Shown here piece by piece: positions 26,401 through 37,360 of a DNA stretch of 64,000 bases. The translations under genes and the position numbers were made by a program. The DNA is from Harriotta raleighana (Eukaryota). The notes below the pieces were generated by a model. That model worked only from the letters and a program-made list of their open reading frames with translations. It was not told where the DNA came from and made no database searches. Position 1 is the stretch's first letter, and the number at the start of each line of letters is the position of its first letter. The stretch spans positions 1,739,053 to 1,803,052 of the forward strand of contig JBNZDD010013599.1 of assembly GCA_050575255.1 (NCBI GenBank), in the 5' to 3' direction.

Positions 26401-29400
26401 CTTAAATATCGTGCCCCATTTCCCAGGGGTTGTTGCTTCTTAACAAGATTCATGCCAGTTGAATCTCTGCAATGGATTTTGTTTAGTTCTTGCACACTAA
26501 TGGGGGAGAATACTTGCCTCAAGGTAGCTTTACCGAATTGCAGCACCGTTCAATGACTCGAGATTAATATGTGAGCCACAGTAGCTGGTGTGATTCCATC
26601 GATTCCATTGACTTTTTAAAATTAGCTGCTGAAAGTGGGAATACGATGGCAGCAACGACGACAACGACGACAACAACTTGTATTTCTATTGCTTCCCCTT
26701 CCCGCAGGAGAGCGCGCCTTGAACGTGGAAAGCAAATTTCTTTAGCTGCACTGAAAACCCACGCTTTGAAATGATCCGCAGCGAAGGCAATATGGCCGAC
26801 CAGTCAGCTAATTGCCAGCTGACATGTGGTCTTAAGACTTTTCTCTCTTAAATGTCCTCCCGATGTAAGGAGTTGACAGATGGTCTCCCATGTGCTGCAT
26901 TCAACCCCTACTAGACCTCACACACTGTGACTGCCAGCACCGACTCCCAGTACCCTGGGGTCTGAACGTTTTGGCCCAGTTCCCAGGCTTAGCTAGGTGC
27001 AGCCTTGAAAACACATGTGCCTGACCTACGATATCAGATCTCGTAACCCAAGAAGTGCCACCGGCTAACTCTTTTGTGAGAATTTTAAATCACGATTGCA
27101 ATATGTGATTTTTTGTCTCTCCCCCTCACCCACCCACCCACCCACCCACCCCACCCCCCCACCCCTTAGTGATAGCCTGGGCTTGGTTTGGGTAACGCTC
27201 CAGTAAAACCTGCTGCGGTGGTAAAGAGAAGGTAGAAATTCTGAATAACAAATGTATTCAGGATGTGCTTTTATCAGAGAGAAAGAGCAGATCCGAATGA
27301 CCCAGCTATAAATGAGTGCTGGGATGGCAGGTTTGATTTATCTGCATAGATTTGATCAAAAACTATGGTCAGACTCAGGCTAATTTTTGTCTTCAAAGAA
27401 AGCTCAGTTGGAGGCTTTTGTGTAACGTAGCAAATTGCATTCAAAATATCCAAGCATTTGCTTGACTTCCTAATTTGACAGATTTTAATATGATGTGTGT
27501 CTTCTGACAGTTTCCTGGCCTGCGTTCATGTCATTTTCTATTGTACAATTACTAAATACCTTTTTTCGTTTAGTTCAATGTGCTCTTCACTATTTAAATA
27601 TTCTTTTAAATACGGGTCCTATTTTAGCCTTTCCCACTAACATATATACACACACATATATATATATACATATTACTACATATTTATCTGAATCTAACAC
27701 TGTAGGATAGATACTTTGCAAATTGTACCTTTTGGAACAAAAGGTTTATTCTCTTGAAAGTCTTTTCCATCATACTTGATGTACCATTCACATCTACCTA
27801 CCTACGTTGCCAATGCTACTGAAATCTCCACACATTTTGTAGTGGCTATTGCTTTTTGACAGGTTTATATTTGCTGCTGTTCTGCATAGGGCTGCACAGA
27901 GAGCAAACGCTGTTTCATTGGAGCTTTTTTTTCTATATAAATAATCCTGTTTCTGGTAGTCTCATTGAACTGAAGTGATTTTGGAGACTGATATTACAAC
28001 ATCAGTTGATGGGATTCTGTTCGCTTACTTCCATTAGTTGTTGCAAGTGAAGTCATATGTACTAGATCATTGTATTCCACATAGATTCAAAAACGCTCCA
28101 ATATCTTTTAATATCTCTCTTTTGAGAAGAATGAGTTTCTTTTTTTGCGGATTCTGGTTCAAATTGTTTTTTCAATTTTATTTTTTTTGCATTTTCTGTA
28201 TTCATTTTCTGTAAGAACATATTCACAACTTATTCATTGGACAAGTGAAACACATATAACCATTTCATTACATTAACAGGAAGGACATTAATGCCTGTTT
28301 CTGCAGCTCAGTGCGTATTCGAGTTCGGAATACAAAGTCTTGACGACAGTGCCCAGCAGAACAAATTGATGTCTGGCTGTGTCGAATTTTAGAGACATTT
28401 TACACAGAGCGACTGCTGCGGTAGTTCAATAGTTCAGGGAGCTGCTTTGCGTCACGTCCCCCGCTCGACCCACCTCACCGTCAGTGGATGGATGAGCTGT
28501 CAGCCATTTCATTCTCTCAGGAACTCCATCTCAAAAGGCAACTAGGAGCTGAGAACTTGTGAGGAGACACAGCCTCATTGGGCTGAATGACCATATTCTC
28601 CCATTGCTCTCTCTGAATAAGCCACCGCACACCAAGGTATATGTATAAACATAAGAAGCTCAATGAGGCACTCCCGATACATGAAGCTCGAGGTGCCATT
28701 AACTATAGAGCATTTATTGTCTCAGAACAAACAGTCCTCTTCACGTCTGATAGTCTGAAACTATTTTCCCTTATCGGGCATTTGTGATAGCATTTTCAAA
28801 GCGCCTTTTCCTTCCTCGGATCAAAAGGGAGGGGGGGGGAAAGTGCCAAATAAATTGTGTTGATTTAATAAGGGGTCTTGTGGTTGCCTTTTTTTTCCCC
28901 AGGGATTCAGAGACGGCGGCTGATTCCTGCTCCTTTGCCCGATGCTTCATCCTTGGGACGGAAACCGACCGCGGGAGCCGGCCAGTGGGTGGATCTGCCA
29001 CCACTGCCGGGCACTCTGAAAGAGTCATTTGAAATTAAGGTTTACGAGATTGACGACGTGGAACGGTTGCAGCGACACAGGCAGGAGGAAAACGAGGTCA
29101 GTACATTTCGTACAACAACTTTAGACATCCTGAATTATGGCTTCGGTGAGGAATGGCTGCTTAAATCCGGGCAGAATACCGCGGCGCACAGAAGATTGAC
29201 TGCAATTAAATGACTATAATTATTAATTTTACAATGCATATGTTGAAGTGCCCTTACAAAGAGGAGATAAAAATAATTACTATCCACAATTAATCATGGT
29301 TTGCAGGAGAGATGGTAAAGGAGAAGAAAAATCTATGAATATATTATGAATGAACCTTTGCAGTTTTCGCCCGCTATTATCAAACTTTATAGTCACTCTG

Positions 29401-32085
29401 CACCAGGGTCATTAACTCCTTTGCAGATGAGCAAAAGTATGCTCTTTGGAATTATATTACATCAGCAGTATTATAATCTGATTTGCTTCCAATTAACTAA
29501 GGATTATGCATAATATCCGCTGTCAGCCTTTTAAAGGATTTGTCATTTTAACTTTTGTTTTATCTTTTCCATTGGCATTAATGGTGTAGCAGCCTTTCCA
29601 AGACGTTGACAAGGTAAGAACCTTGGGCCAGATTTATTATCCCCCCACCCTCCCCCTCCCATGAACTCTTTCCCCGCCGAGTTCACGAGAAAGTTTTTGA
29701 ACGCAAAGAGGAAAAATTCGAATCTCTTGTACGGCGGCTGGCTGCGGAGAAGCCGTCTTAAAACAAGGTTCCAATGTCTTCCTCTCCCGATAGGGCTTGT
29801 TGTACTTCAACACAAAGCTGAAGATCCTGCAGAAGCGTCAGCAGAGGCTAAGAGAGTTAAAGGCAAAGCACGAGGTGCTGAAAAAGGAGCTGGAGGATAC
29901 AAAAGACAGGCTGATGATGGATCCTGATAAATGGAATTCCGAGTGTAAGTACATTGGAAACTCTGTCAGCAAACCCGTTGGTTGGGGAGGGCGGCGGTGG
30001 CGGGGGGGGGGGGGGGGAGGGGGGTGGGGGGGAGGGGGGTTGGGGGGGGCGAAAGGCAAGGTTTATTCTTTATATGAATTATAAGCTAATTCCGTTAACT
30101 TTCCTATCAAAATGCAAATAGCCACTTGAGCAACAAGTCTACCATGATCTACTGCCTTGTGATATATATGTAGGTGCAGCAAACCCCAGGGAGGAAAGCT
30201 TAAAAACAAGGTCATGCTGAACTGATCCTCTGGCTTAAAACAAAATCTTGTCCCACTTCAATGGTTCCAGGTGCAAATCTCTTGTCAAAGAAGCATTCAC
30301 CTGCCAACACTTGGGAGCAAACTAGGAATTTATGCATCTAAGGAACAGCCTACTTTGTTAATTCAGTAGGTAGAGGACTTTTCAGAAGAGACGGACTCAT
30401 ATTACTGCCTTAGGAGTTAGTGAGTGAGGATGAAAGTGCTGAATTTTGGGCAAAATTCTTAATTCATTTTGGAAAAGCCCCAAGACTTTTTTTATATACA
30501 AGTCGTGTGTCTGGTTTTGGACAGGACTCTGCCGTAGGTCGTGTAGATAGGATAAGTAGATGTTTTGCTGCTGGATTTGGGATATCCTGGACACTGGAAC
30601 ACTTGCAACCTCTTTGGAGGGAGGGGAGGCCAAAAGGGTTTTTATTTCTTTCGTAATCTAGTGATGGTATAGAGAAAGGAATCCTGAATGTTTGGAGCTA
30701 TCCTGATATGACGTGATCCAAATTTGAACTCTGAAATAAACTTGCCCAGTTTTATCTGCTCAAAAGTTAGCAGATTCCAAGAACAGGATTGAAGAGCGAC
30801 ATTTTCTTTTTTTTAAAATTTAAAATAAAGCGCCTTCTGTCTTCGTGGCTGAAGAATTCTTGCTTCTGATAATGGAAGACCATTGACGTGCATTTCATCA
30901 AGAGAGGATATTATTTAATGGAGCTCCTGTGGCTCAGTGGTTAGAGCACTCGCCTTGCAAGCGTGAGATCTGTGAGACCTGTGTTCGATTCCAGGCATCC
31001 AGGGCGAAACCTTGGGCAAGTTTCCTTACTCCACCCGCCTAATAATAATCCCTCCAAAAAAAAACATCACAATAAAATTGGTCATTTCAATCCATGACTG
31101 TGTGTGGGAGACGCTGCTGTGCGCAATTGGCTCCCGCCTTCTGCCCACAAATATACAGTCAATTCACTTTACAGTATATTCTGTGAAGCGCTTTGGGACG
31201 TCGATAAAATGTGAAAAGCGCAATATCAAATGAAAGGATTATTATTATTATTATTTGGTGGGTTTGGAAGCATTAATATCAGTAACCCCCCCCATTAAGG
31301 GCTAATGTAATAATAATGCAATCGAACTCTCGGGAATATCCTGGAATTATAATTTTCCGTCGGTAAATTGAAAATGCTACTTTTTTCTATAAAAAAAAAG
31401 TGCTTAACATCAGATTGTAAAGCGGCTTTAGTGCTGAAACGTGCTATTCCGGGGAGTGTCCAAAGACTCCGGGGTTTTAACCCCATCATCGTGAAGCAAA
31501 TTCGCAGTCTTGAGCAGTGCAGTGTTTAGGGGCCCAGGTAATTCTCTTCAGGGAGAGAGGGAAAATCGAAAAGTGAGGCATCCTTGGTCACGTTCGGGCA
31601 TCACTTAACAACTGATTACAGAACAGCATCATCAGAGGTCACCTCCTTCTGATCCCAGTGGGGATTGGTACATGTTGTGGAGGACTGATAGAGAGAGAGA
31701 GAAGAGAGAGAACAGATTGATTTTAAAAAAAAGAGAGGTAAAGAAAGAGTCATTGTAAGCAGATGCTTCATAAGTTTACTGAGAAACACAAAAAGAAGTG
31801 GTATTGAATTACCAACCATGATGAAAGTGTCATTTATAGTTGCACTGATGTGTTTATCTAATTCATTTGTACTATTCCCCGCCCCCCCCACCCCCGCCAC
31901 TTATAGTTGAGGTTGACCCAGACCTGGATAAAGACTCCCTGGAGTATTTGGAAGCATTGGAAGAAGTAACGGAGGAGCTCGAGCAACGTGTCAACCTATG
32001 CAAGTCAAGGATCATGATGGTGACTTGTTTTGACATTGGTGTGATCATTGATGTACACGATGGACCCAGGGAAGTCCAGGTTTAA
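3313..32085 (+). CDS. KIF26A: Kinesin-like protein KIF26A (kinesin-11 family), 5'-partial spliced CDS: join(3313..3496,11828..12037,12184..12277,14101..14363,14669..14852,15152..15329,16167..16329,16615..20059,28903..29096,[29590/29593..29613],29794..29944,31907..32085)
   Basis: All exons have AG/GT boundaries and compatible phases. The motor domain has P-loop GHVKL|GKS, a degenerate switch I (EERRNSH), a degenerate switch II (DLGSCE) and [46 protein letters not shown] and the C-terminus GPREVQV match my recollection of KIF26A rather than KIF26B. Confidence 0.93.
3729..3860 (-). mobile_element. SINE 3' half
   Basis: tcaaagcgcctcacagaatatactgtacagtgaattgactgtata...cagccaattgcacacagc matches the family body. 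Confidence 0.8.
4681..4979 (-). mobile_element. Near full-length copy of the same tRNA-derived SINE
   Basis: Reverse complement of the head (ctaaccactgagc, atcgaatcc), body (cagccaattgcgcacagc) and tail (aatccttgca). Confidence 0.88.
8205..8365 (-). mobile_element. SINE 3' half
   Basis: cttcacagaatacactgtaaagtgaattgactgta...caattgcgcacagc. Confidence 0.8.
10005..10135 (+). mobile_element. SINE 3' half (repeated at 11143..11273 by the N-flanked duplication)
   Basis: aattggctgccacgtttcgcccacaaaacacagtcaattc...gcaaggattattataattattatt. Confidence 0.8.
10690..10899 (+). other. KIF26A: First copy of the KIF26A VKVMVRI exon, within a duplication ending at N10906 (probable assembly duplicate of 11828..12037)
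   Basis: By eye the 210-nt exon is identical to 11828..12037. Its donor GTAAGT is cut off immediately by N10906. Confidence 0.8.
11828..12037 (+). CDS. KIF26A: KIF26A coding exon, start of motor domain (VKVMVRICP...[13 protein letters not shown])
   Basis: ttccag|GTG AAG...TCG CAA|gtaagt. 210 nt, phase 0-0, with the kinesin beta1 strand and FxFD motifs. Confidence 0.93.
12184..12277 (+). CDS. KIF26A: KIF26A coding exon ([32 protein letters not shown]), first half of the P-loop
   Basis: cctag|GCG GAG...AAG CTT G|gtgagc. 94 nt, not in the ORF track. Confidence 0.93.
14101..14363 (+). CDS. KIF26A: KIF26A coding exon (GKSYTMIG...EDPICGTQ)
   Basis: ttccag|GC AAA TCG TAC...ACT CAG|gtactt. Completes the GKS of the P-loop. 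Confidence 0.94.
14669..14852 (+). CDS. KIF26A: KIF26A coding exon ([16 protein letters not shown]...[23 protein letters not shown]), switch I region
   Basis: acccag|CTT CAG AAT...GGG GGA A|gtacgt. Confidence 0.94.
15152..15329 (+). CDS. KIF26A: KIF26A coding exon ([18 protein letters not shown]...G10...KHIPYK), switch II region
   Basis: ttgcag|TG TCG GGC...CCA TAC AA|gtaagt. Confidence 0.94.
15444..15489. repeat. (TG)n microsatellite
   Basis: Directly visible, with two GG interruptions. Confidence 0.9.
16167..16329 (+). CDS. KIF26A: KIF26A coding exon ([13 protein letters not shown]...[13 protein letters not shown]), end of motor domain
   Basis: ctctag|A GAT AGC AAG...TCC AAG|gtcagt. Confidence 0.94.
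16615..20059 (+). CDS. KIF26A: KIF26A giant exon (3445 nt), Ser/Pro/Ala/Gly-rich tail with conserved blocks
   Basis: cgccag|TAT GCC TCG...ACG ACA G|gttagt. Open frame throughout, with KIF26 blocks [70 protein letters not shown] and [10 protein letters not shown]. The acceptor is also duplicated at 16560, before N16584. Confidence 0.94.
20110..20201 (-). mobile_element. Second, more degraded Penelope-like terminal fragment
   Basis: gctgggaaaaacaccagcagg..tcaggcagcatctgtggagaga...gagtcagtgtttca aligns by eye with 24092-24160 and stops before the CTGANGA core. Confidence 0.55.
20327..20407 (-). mobile_element. SINE 3' terminal fragment, nearly identical to the copy at 60051
   Basis: aatccttgcatttgatatagcgcttttcacatcttatcaacgtcccaaagcgcttcacagaatatactgtaatgt. 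Confidence 0.8.
22498..22531. repeat. (TG)n microsatellite
   Basis: Directly visible. Confidence 0.9.
24085..24186 (-). mobile_element. Penelope-like element terminal-repeat fragment containing a minimal hammerhead core
   Basis: Minus strand: agttCTGACGAagggtcgtgggcctGAAAcgttgactc...tctccatggatgctgcctgacctgctgagtttcccccagca. A related fragment lies at 20110-20201. Confidence 0.7.
25585..25905 (-). mobile_element. SINE body fragment, present twice across N25722
   Basis: cttcacaggatataccgtaaagtgagttgactg...cagccaaatgcgcacagc occurs twice. Confidence 0.75.
28903..29096 (+). CDS. KIF26A: KIF26A coding exon ([14 protein letters not shown]...[23 protein letters not shown])
   Basis: ttccccag|GG ATT CAG...AAC GAG|gtcagt. 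Contains the KIF26 motifs QWVDLPPL and [15 protein letters not shown]. Confidence 0.93.
29590..29613 (+). CDS. KIF26A: Candidate KIF26A micro-exon, (Q)PFQDVDK, 24 or 21 nt via a tandem TAG/CAG acceptor
   Basis: Upstream T-rich tract, then tgtag|cag|CCT TTC CAA GAC GTT GAC AAG|gtaaga. Strong donor, phase 0-0, no stop, lies between two phase-0 exon boundaries. Confidence 0.7.
29794..29944 (+). CDS. KIF26A: KIF26A coding exon ([50 protein letters not shown]), C-terminal coiled coil
   Basis: cgatag|GGC TTG TTG...GAG T|gtaagt. Confidence 0.93.
30920..31255 (+). mobile_element. Full-length tRNA-derived SINE with (ATT)n tail
   Basis: A box TGGCTCAGTGG 30930-30940, B box GTTCGATTC 30983-30991, body GCTGTGCGCAATTGGCT...TTCTGTGAAGCGCTTTGGGACGTC and an (ATT)n end. 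The same body recurs more than 12 times in the window. Confidence 0.9.
31907..32085 (+). CDS. KIF26A: KIF26A last coding exon ([19 protein letters not shown]...[23 protein letters not shown])
   Basis: ttatag|TT GAG GTT...CAG GTT TAA. The split codon T+TT gives Phe. Confidence 0.93.
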
Positions 32086-33480
32086 AGGCTGCCATTTGGT
32101 GAGGAGGATTAATACCCAAGTCATTTCCACGGTGGAAGTAGACGTGGTGAAGATATAAACGCTTAAGGGATTTTGAGTAAGAGGACGTTGGTGATGTGAA
32201 GACAGAAAAGGTGACAGAGGATGTTGATGGGTGGTGGGGGGGTTGGGCGAAGATTTGATGTGGTGACAATGAATTTTGACGGTGAGCTGTGTAAATCAAT
32301 ACAGTGCCTCAGAACTTTCTAAAACTGAAATGAAAGCTTAAAAAAAAACTGTTGAGAAGAGCGATTTCCTTTCTCGGAAGGAAGAGAGAAAGCAATGTAA
32401 ACCGGAGAGAAGAAAGAAACGCAAACCTTAAAGTGCCTTTTTGACCGACTTGATTTAATTTGCATTGGTGCTAGTAATGAAACCAGCATACCTAAGTACA
32501 CACTGAAACAAAATGCTTATTTTATATTGTATATTGTATTTATATGATGTATGTAAAAATGTCATTGTAGCAAAGCAATAAGTAAATTATGTTCACATCA
32601 CAGACTTTGCCTTCTCATTTAAAGGAGAGCTGTTTATATGCTTTCAACTTCGACATGTTCCCTTGTACATTACTATTTCATTGTATTCTGTTTTTATCAT
32701 TTTTTAAAAAAAAAATAGAAATAAAAGAAGTTCCATGAGTTGAGGCATGTTATGAACTAAGAATATGAAATGTATTGAATTTTTGGGAGACTTTTTATAT
32801 GAAATCCTGTCTGTTTTTCTGTGCAACATCTTTTTTACATACTGATATTATTGCAGAAGGTTGGAATGAAATTCCTAGTTTTTTTAATAAAAAAAACGAT
32901 TAGAAGTGATCAGTAAAAGGGGTTTCTGTGCGAAGTAGNAAAAAAAAAACGATTAGAAGTGATCAGTAAAAGGGGTTTCTGTGCGAAGTAGCAAGAACCA
33001 GCGGTATCAGTAAGCATCAGTGCAGCTAATGTGCAACCTACTACCATGAATCCAATATTATAAGTTGTTTAAGTGATTGATTTATAACTTTTTTAAAGAA
33101 AAAAACCCAAACGGGTTTACAAAACAACAGTTACTGATTTATAAAACACTGGTTCGGTAGTTTAAAAAAAGATTGCATCTCAGGATTTCAGCAAGAAACA
33201 TAAATTTGATAGAAGAGGTATTTACATTTGAACTCGTTGCATAAAAGTTTTGTGTAATTTTTTTTAATACTAGTTAGCGACCACTAATTGTGACGAAACT
33301 ATTGCCAAACAAAAACACTTTTACATGAGGAAATAATAAATACAATATCACAATTCATAGTGAATGATATTTTCTGACCATTTACTTTGTAAAGGTTTTT
33401 TTTCAGAACCTTTGTATAAATGTACATTATGGTAGCTTGCAGTAGCTTTTATCTGTGAATAAATGACATGTCTACTGGTA
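32086..33480 (+). other. KIF26A: KIF26A 3' UTR (end approximate)
   Basis: AT-rich sequence after the stop, with AATAAA at 32720, 32886, 33335 and 33458. The 3' end is inferred from the last hexamer. Confidence 0.55.
33458..33463 (+). terminator. Likely polyadenylation signal AATAAA
   Basis: Preceded by several TGTA motifs (tgtaaa, tgtata, tgtaca at ~33388-33426) and followed by T-rich sequence. Confidence 0.5.
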
Positions 33481-35464
33481 TTAATATTTCTGCTTCATGG
33501 TTATAACTTTGCATTCGAAAGCACACATCATGATGTAAAAACAGAATGTTACACGTTACACTGCATAGTTTACCTTGGTGGTCAATAACTGAAGAGTTCG
33601 TGTGTTAATACTGTAACTCAAATATTTGTGTCCATCCTGAAAGCAATGAAAAGCCTGTATTGTAGGGCTGGATGCTACTGTGACTCTCCCACCATGCCCT
33701 ATACAAACCCATGCTCCCTCTCCCCACCCTCTAAAGGTACGATACGCAGTTCACTGAACACTAGACTTGATCCACTCATACTTCGACAAACAACAAGCAA
33801 GGACCGAATATACATCAGCAAGTACATCTGCCCCAAGGTTGCTCTGTTCTTAAGTTGTTAGAAGGTTTTGAATCCTCACACATTTTGGGGGGGGATTGGG
33901 CAAGTAGCACTGAAAGACTTCGCCACACATGCCTTGTGCAAACTGTCGAAACAGCGCAAAGCGGAGGAATAATTCTCCCAGGGTTGAAAAAGCACAATGC
34001 GGAAGGAAAGGACACTGTTTGATGCTTGTCACTCAGAAAGGTACACCCTCAGGCTGTACTGAGTGACAGCAGCAAGAGAAGTTGATTAATGTTCTTGTAC
34101 CATAGAGCTGAAACAATGATCCCAACGCATCGTTTTCTTAGGACTCCCAATTTTGGAGAATGGGAAATCTCTCTCAATTGCTTGTTGCGGTTTAAGAATC
34201 CATTTTGAAGTGCTATATGAGGCTTCAGTTCTTTATGGATATATAAGGCTTACACAACAGATATTCCAATTTATGAAATAAACCTGAAATTGGTGTTTGT
34301 GAAGGAAATTCTCATCACCATTGGAGAGGAGAGCAAAAGGTTTAATGTAACTTAAAAATACTTCCTTGTTGTTTGCTAATCTAATTTTTATGAATCCAGA
34401 AAAATGAATGAAAACAGATTTCTGATTACTATTGCCTTATTGATGTAACATGTTGCATGATTTTGATCCTAAGTATCAGTAGCAGCTCTATTATGCAATT
34501 CAAATGAAAGCCTCATTTAGAATTGATTAATCATAGTCAATATTTGGTTGTTGGCTGATTACTCGACATACTAATTTTTAAAAATTTCCACGTGCATACT
34601 TAGTATTGAGTGTCCTTTTAGAAATCTTCAGTCTTAATTAGCAATGATACAACAAATTCCCCCCCCCCGCTCCCAACTTAAGAATTTTTCAGAAACATTT
34701 TATTTCACTTTAAGGGTATCCAAGTAGAGGCACTTACTCCATTCGTTGGGTACAAATTTCCAGATGCTACTGCAGAGGACAGCAATATTTCTGTCAATAA
34801 AGCACGTATATAGTACGTTAGACATTCTTGCATTTAATACAGCAGCTTATCATGGCATTTGAAATGTCTCAAAGTACTTCACAGGAAGTTCTGTAGCGAC
34901 TGCAGAACCTATAGGTGAACGCAGTCACCATGATATGGGGCTTGAACCAACAAACGTGACTCATTATTCCACGTTGCGTTGATAACTAGAGAAAGAAGGA
35001 CTGTGCTCCAGACATCAGTGACGGGGTACATTTCCTCTAGTTGCTGTCACAAAAGAGCTCAGAAAGTATTCTTCTGAAATTAATGACATTGGTACTTGCT
35101 TGGAGAGAACATTTGTAAGCGGAGCCTACACAGAGCAATAATCACCCCAATTAGTGTGAAGATAATTAGTTCATGCACCCAAGCGCTCCAAGGCAAACTA
35201 CAGTCTGGAAAATTTGCAAAAAAACTGTTGCCTTTATTATGGCTTCGACAATACTCCAATGATTTGAGTCAATGAGCCTGAATACCATACAATGAAGTGA
35301 GACTAAACTGGAGAAAAATGAGCTGTGTCCTGTGATAAAAGCAGAGTGTTTTTTTAAAAAAAAAGAAAGCCACAGGATGTATTGATGGGATGGGATACCA
35401 CACGATAGCGCTAACTGTTCTACTTGGCGACAGGAACAGCTTTGTCATTCTGAAGACTTAATTC

Positions 35465-35737
35465 GGAGTCCTGTCGCTGTAGCACTCGCCTCACACCCGG
35501 GTTCGAATCCAGGCCAGGGCAAAACCCTGGGTCGAGTTTCCTTACTCCCCAGGCTTGATAGTAACGCACAAAAAAGATTTGTCAGTTGAATCCACGACTG
35601 TTTGTGGGACACTGCTGTGTGCTGTCGTGTTTCACCCGCACATGTACCGTCAATTCACTTTACAGTATATTCTGTGAGGTGCCTTGAGATGTCTAGAAGA
35701 TGTGAAAAGTGCTGTATCAAATGCAAGGGTTATTGTT
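35465..35737 (+). mobile_element. Near full-length SINE copy
   Basis: agcactcgcc...gggttcgaatcc (B box)...caattcactttacagtatattctgtgag...atcaaatgcaagggttatt. Confidence 0.85.
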
Positions 35738-37196
35738 AAGTGTTGACGAGAAGGTGTTTTTTTTTTTGCACTGGTTTCAAACTGCAACAGGGGCAAACGT
35801 ACCATTTGCTTTCCAAATGATTTGCCCTTGCGTGAATGAAGGAACAATTCATTCCGTACCCCATGTGATGACTGTTGAAAGATGAACTGAATGTGGCGAT
35901 GCCAAGTTTCCTCTTTGCATCATCACTCAGGCCAGTTCCAATCACAAAAAACATAACAGTACTTTTCATAGCAAATCTGGCGATGGGACAAATAAAAAAT
36001 GACGTCATGCGTCGACGATAAACCTCGGCGTTTGAGGGATCTTTTTGAAGTGCGTTGCGGGATTTGAAGACTGATTTTCATTTTGAGAAATCATTTGGTT
36101 GCTATTAAAAGCGGATAAGAGCAAATCAAAGGCCTTATTGAAATGGCACATTAATGGGTTGTTTAGGCTGCGGATATTTAAGCGAAGAAAGATGAGCTCT
36201 GCAGTCGGGTAAACATGATGGATAGATCAAAGAATTTTCCAAAGTAGGCAACAAAGTCATTAAAAGAGTACTTAGAGAGTAACTGTTCCTTACAGAAACT
36301 GAAGGTCATAAAGGAAGGAGGTAGGAGCTGTTTCCTTCCACCCTGCTGGTGTAATTAAGGGCGAGCGTCAGCTGAAAAGCACCCAGCCCTTAGATTCTTC
36401 TAATAAACTTCTAGGATTGATTTCAAGGGAGTAAGTGGCAAGAGGCTGATATTGATCAAAGATAATTCTTCTTAAGAGAACAATGAGGCTGATTTCCATT
36501 TTGTTTGTTAAATTTAGCTCCAAATATGCAAACTGGAGAGTTCATGTTCTTACTCGATGGCTCTCGTGATAGCCTCGAGGCTGCAGCTAATATCTTTACA
36601 CTGTACAATACTTCCAGGTTGGTTTAGCTTGTTAAAAATGACCAGAGGCAAAACTACTTCACTCGCAGGCTCAACTCAAGCTTCATTAATGTACATCAAG
36701 CGAACAACAACAGTCCTCATAGCACACTCACATATTGTTAAATTTGAGTAGAGTTGGTCTGAAACCGAAGCCCTTGCATTGTAAAACATGCTGCAGGCAG
36801 TCGATGCCCCTTATATTGTGAAGGAAATGTAACTGCATTCCTCGCTGCTTTATTGCAAAGAACAAGTTCTGGCTTCATTTTAAGTCACCTCAATAAAACT
36901 TCAACAAATTCTATTACCCAATCCCAGTAATTGAAGCAAGCTGGTGTATTTAACAACACAAAGCCAGGAAATGGGTGGATTTTAAATCCTTTATTTATCC
37001 TTCGAGTCATCTTGGTAACACCTCTTAAGACAGGGGTTATAATTTATTTTAATGTTACAGGATCTCTTTTTGCAATAACCTACATAGCAATTTACTACTT
37101 TTAAGTCCGACTATCTGGGTAATTGCATCTTATTTAGCTTGATTAAGAATCAGAATTGAATCCCAGAGAGCAAATTACTGCAATACATATTTATAC

Positions 37197-37360
37197 AGAT
37201 AGAATCATAGAATATTACAGCACAGAAGGAGGCCATTCGCACTTCATGCCTACGCTGGCTCATTGGAGCAGCTATCCAACCAGATCCATTCACAATCTCT
37301 CTCCCATATCCTTGTTAATGTTTCCTTTTTAAGTACCTATCCAATTCCTGTTTGAAAATT
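37197..37360 (-). mobile_element. CR1-type LINE 3' end
   Basis: atagaatcatagaat octamer-like tail followed by acagcacagaaggaggccattcg, the reverse complement of a typical CR1 3' terminus. Confidence 0.65.

Noticed and set aside
30920-30995. tRNA gene
   Set aside because: It has A and B boxes but runs directly into the repeated SINE body and tail, so it is a SINE head.
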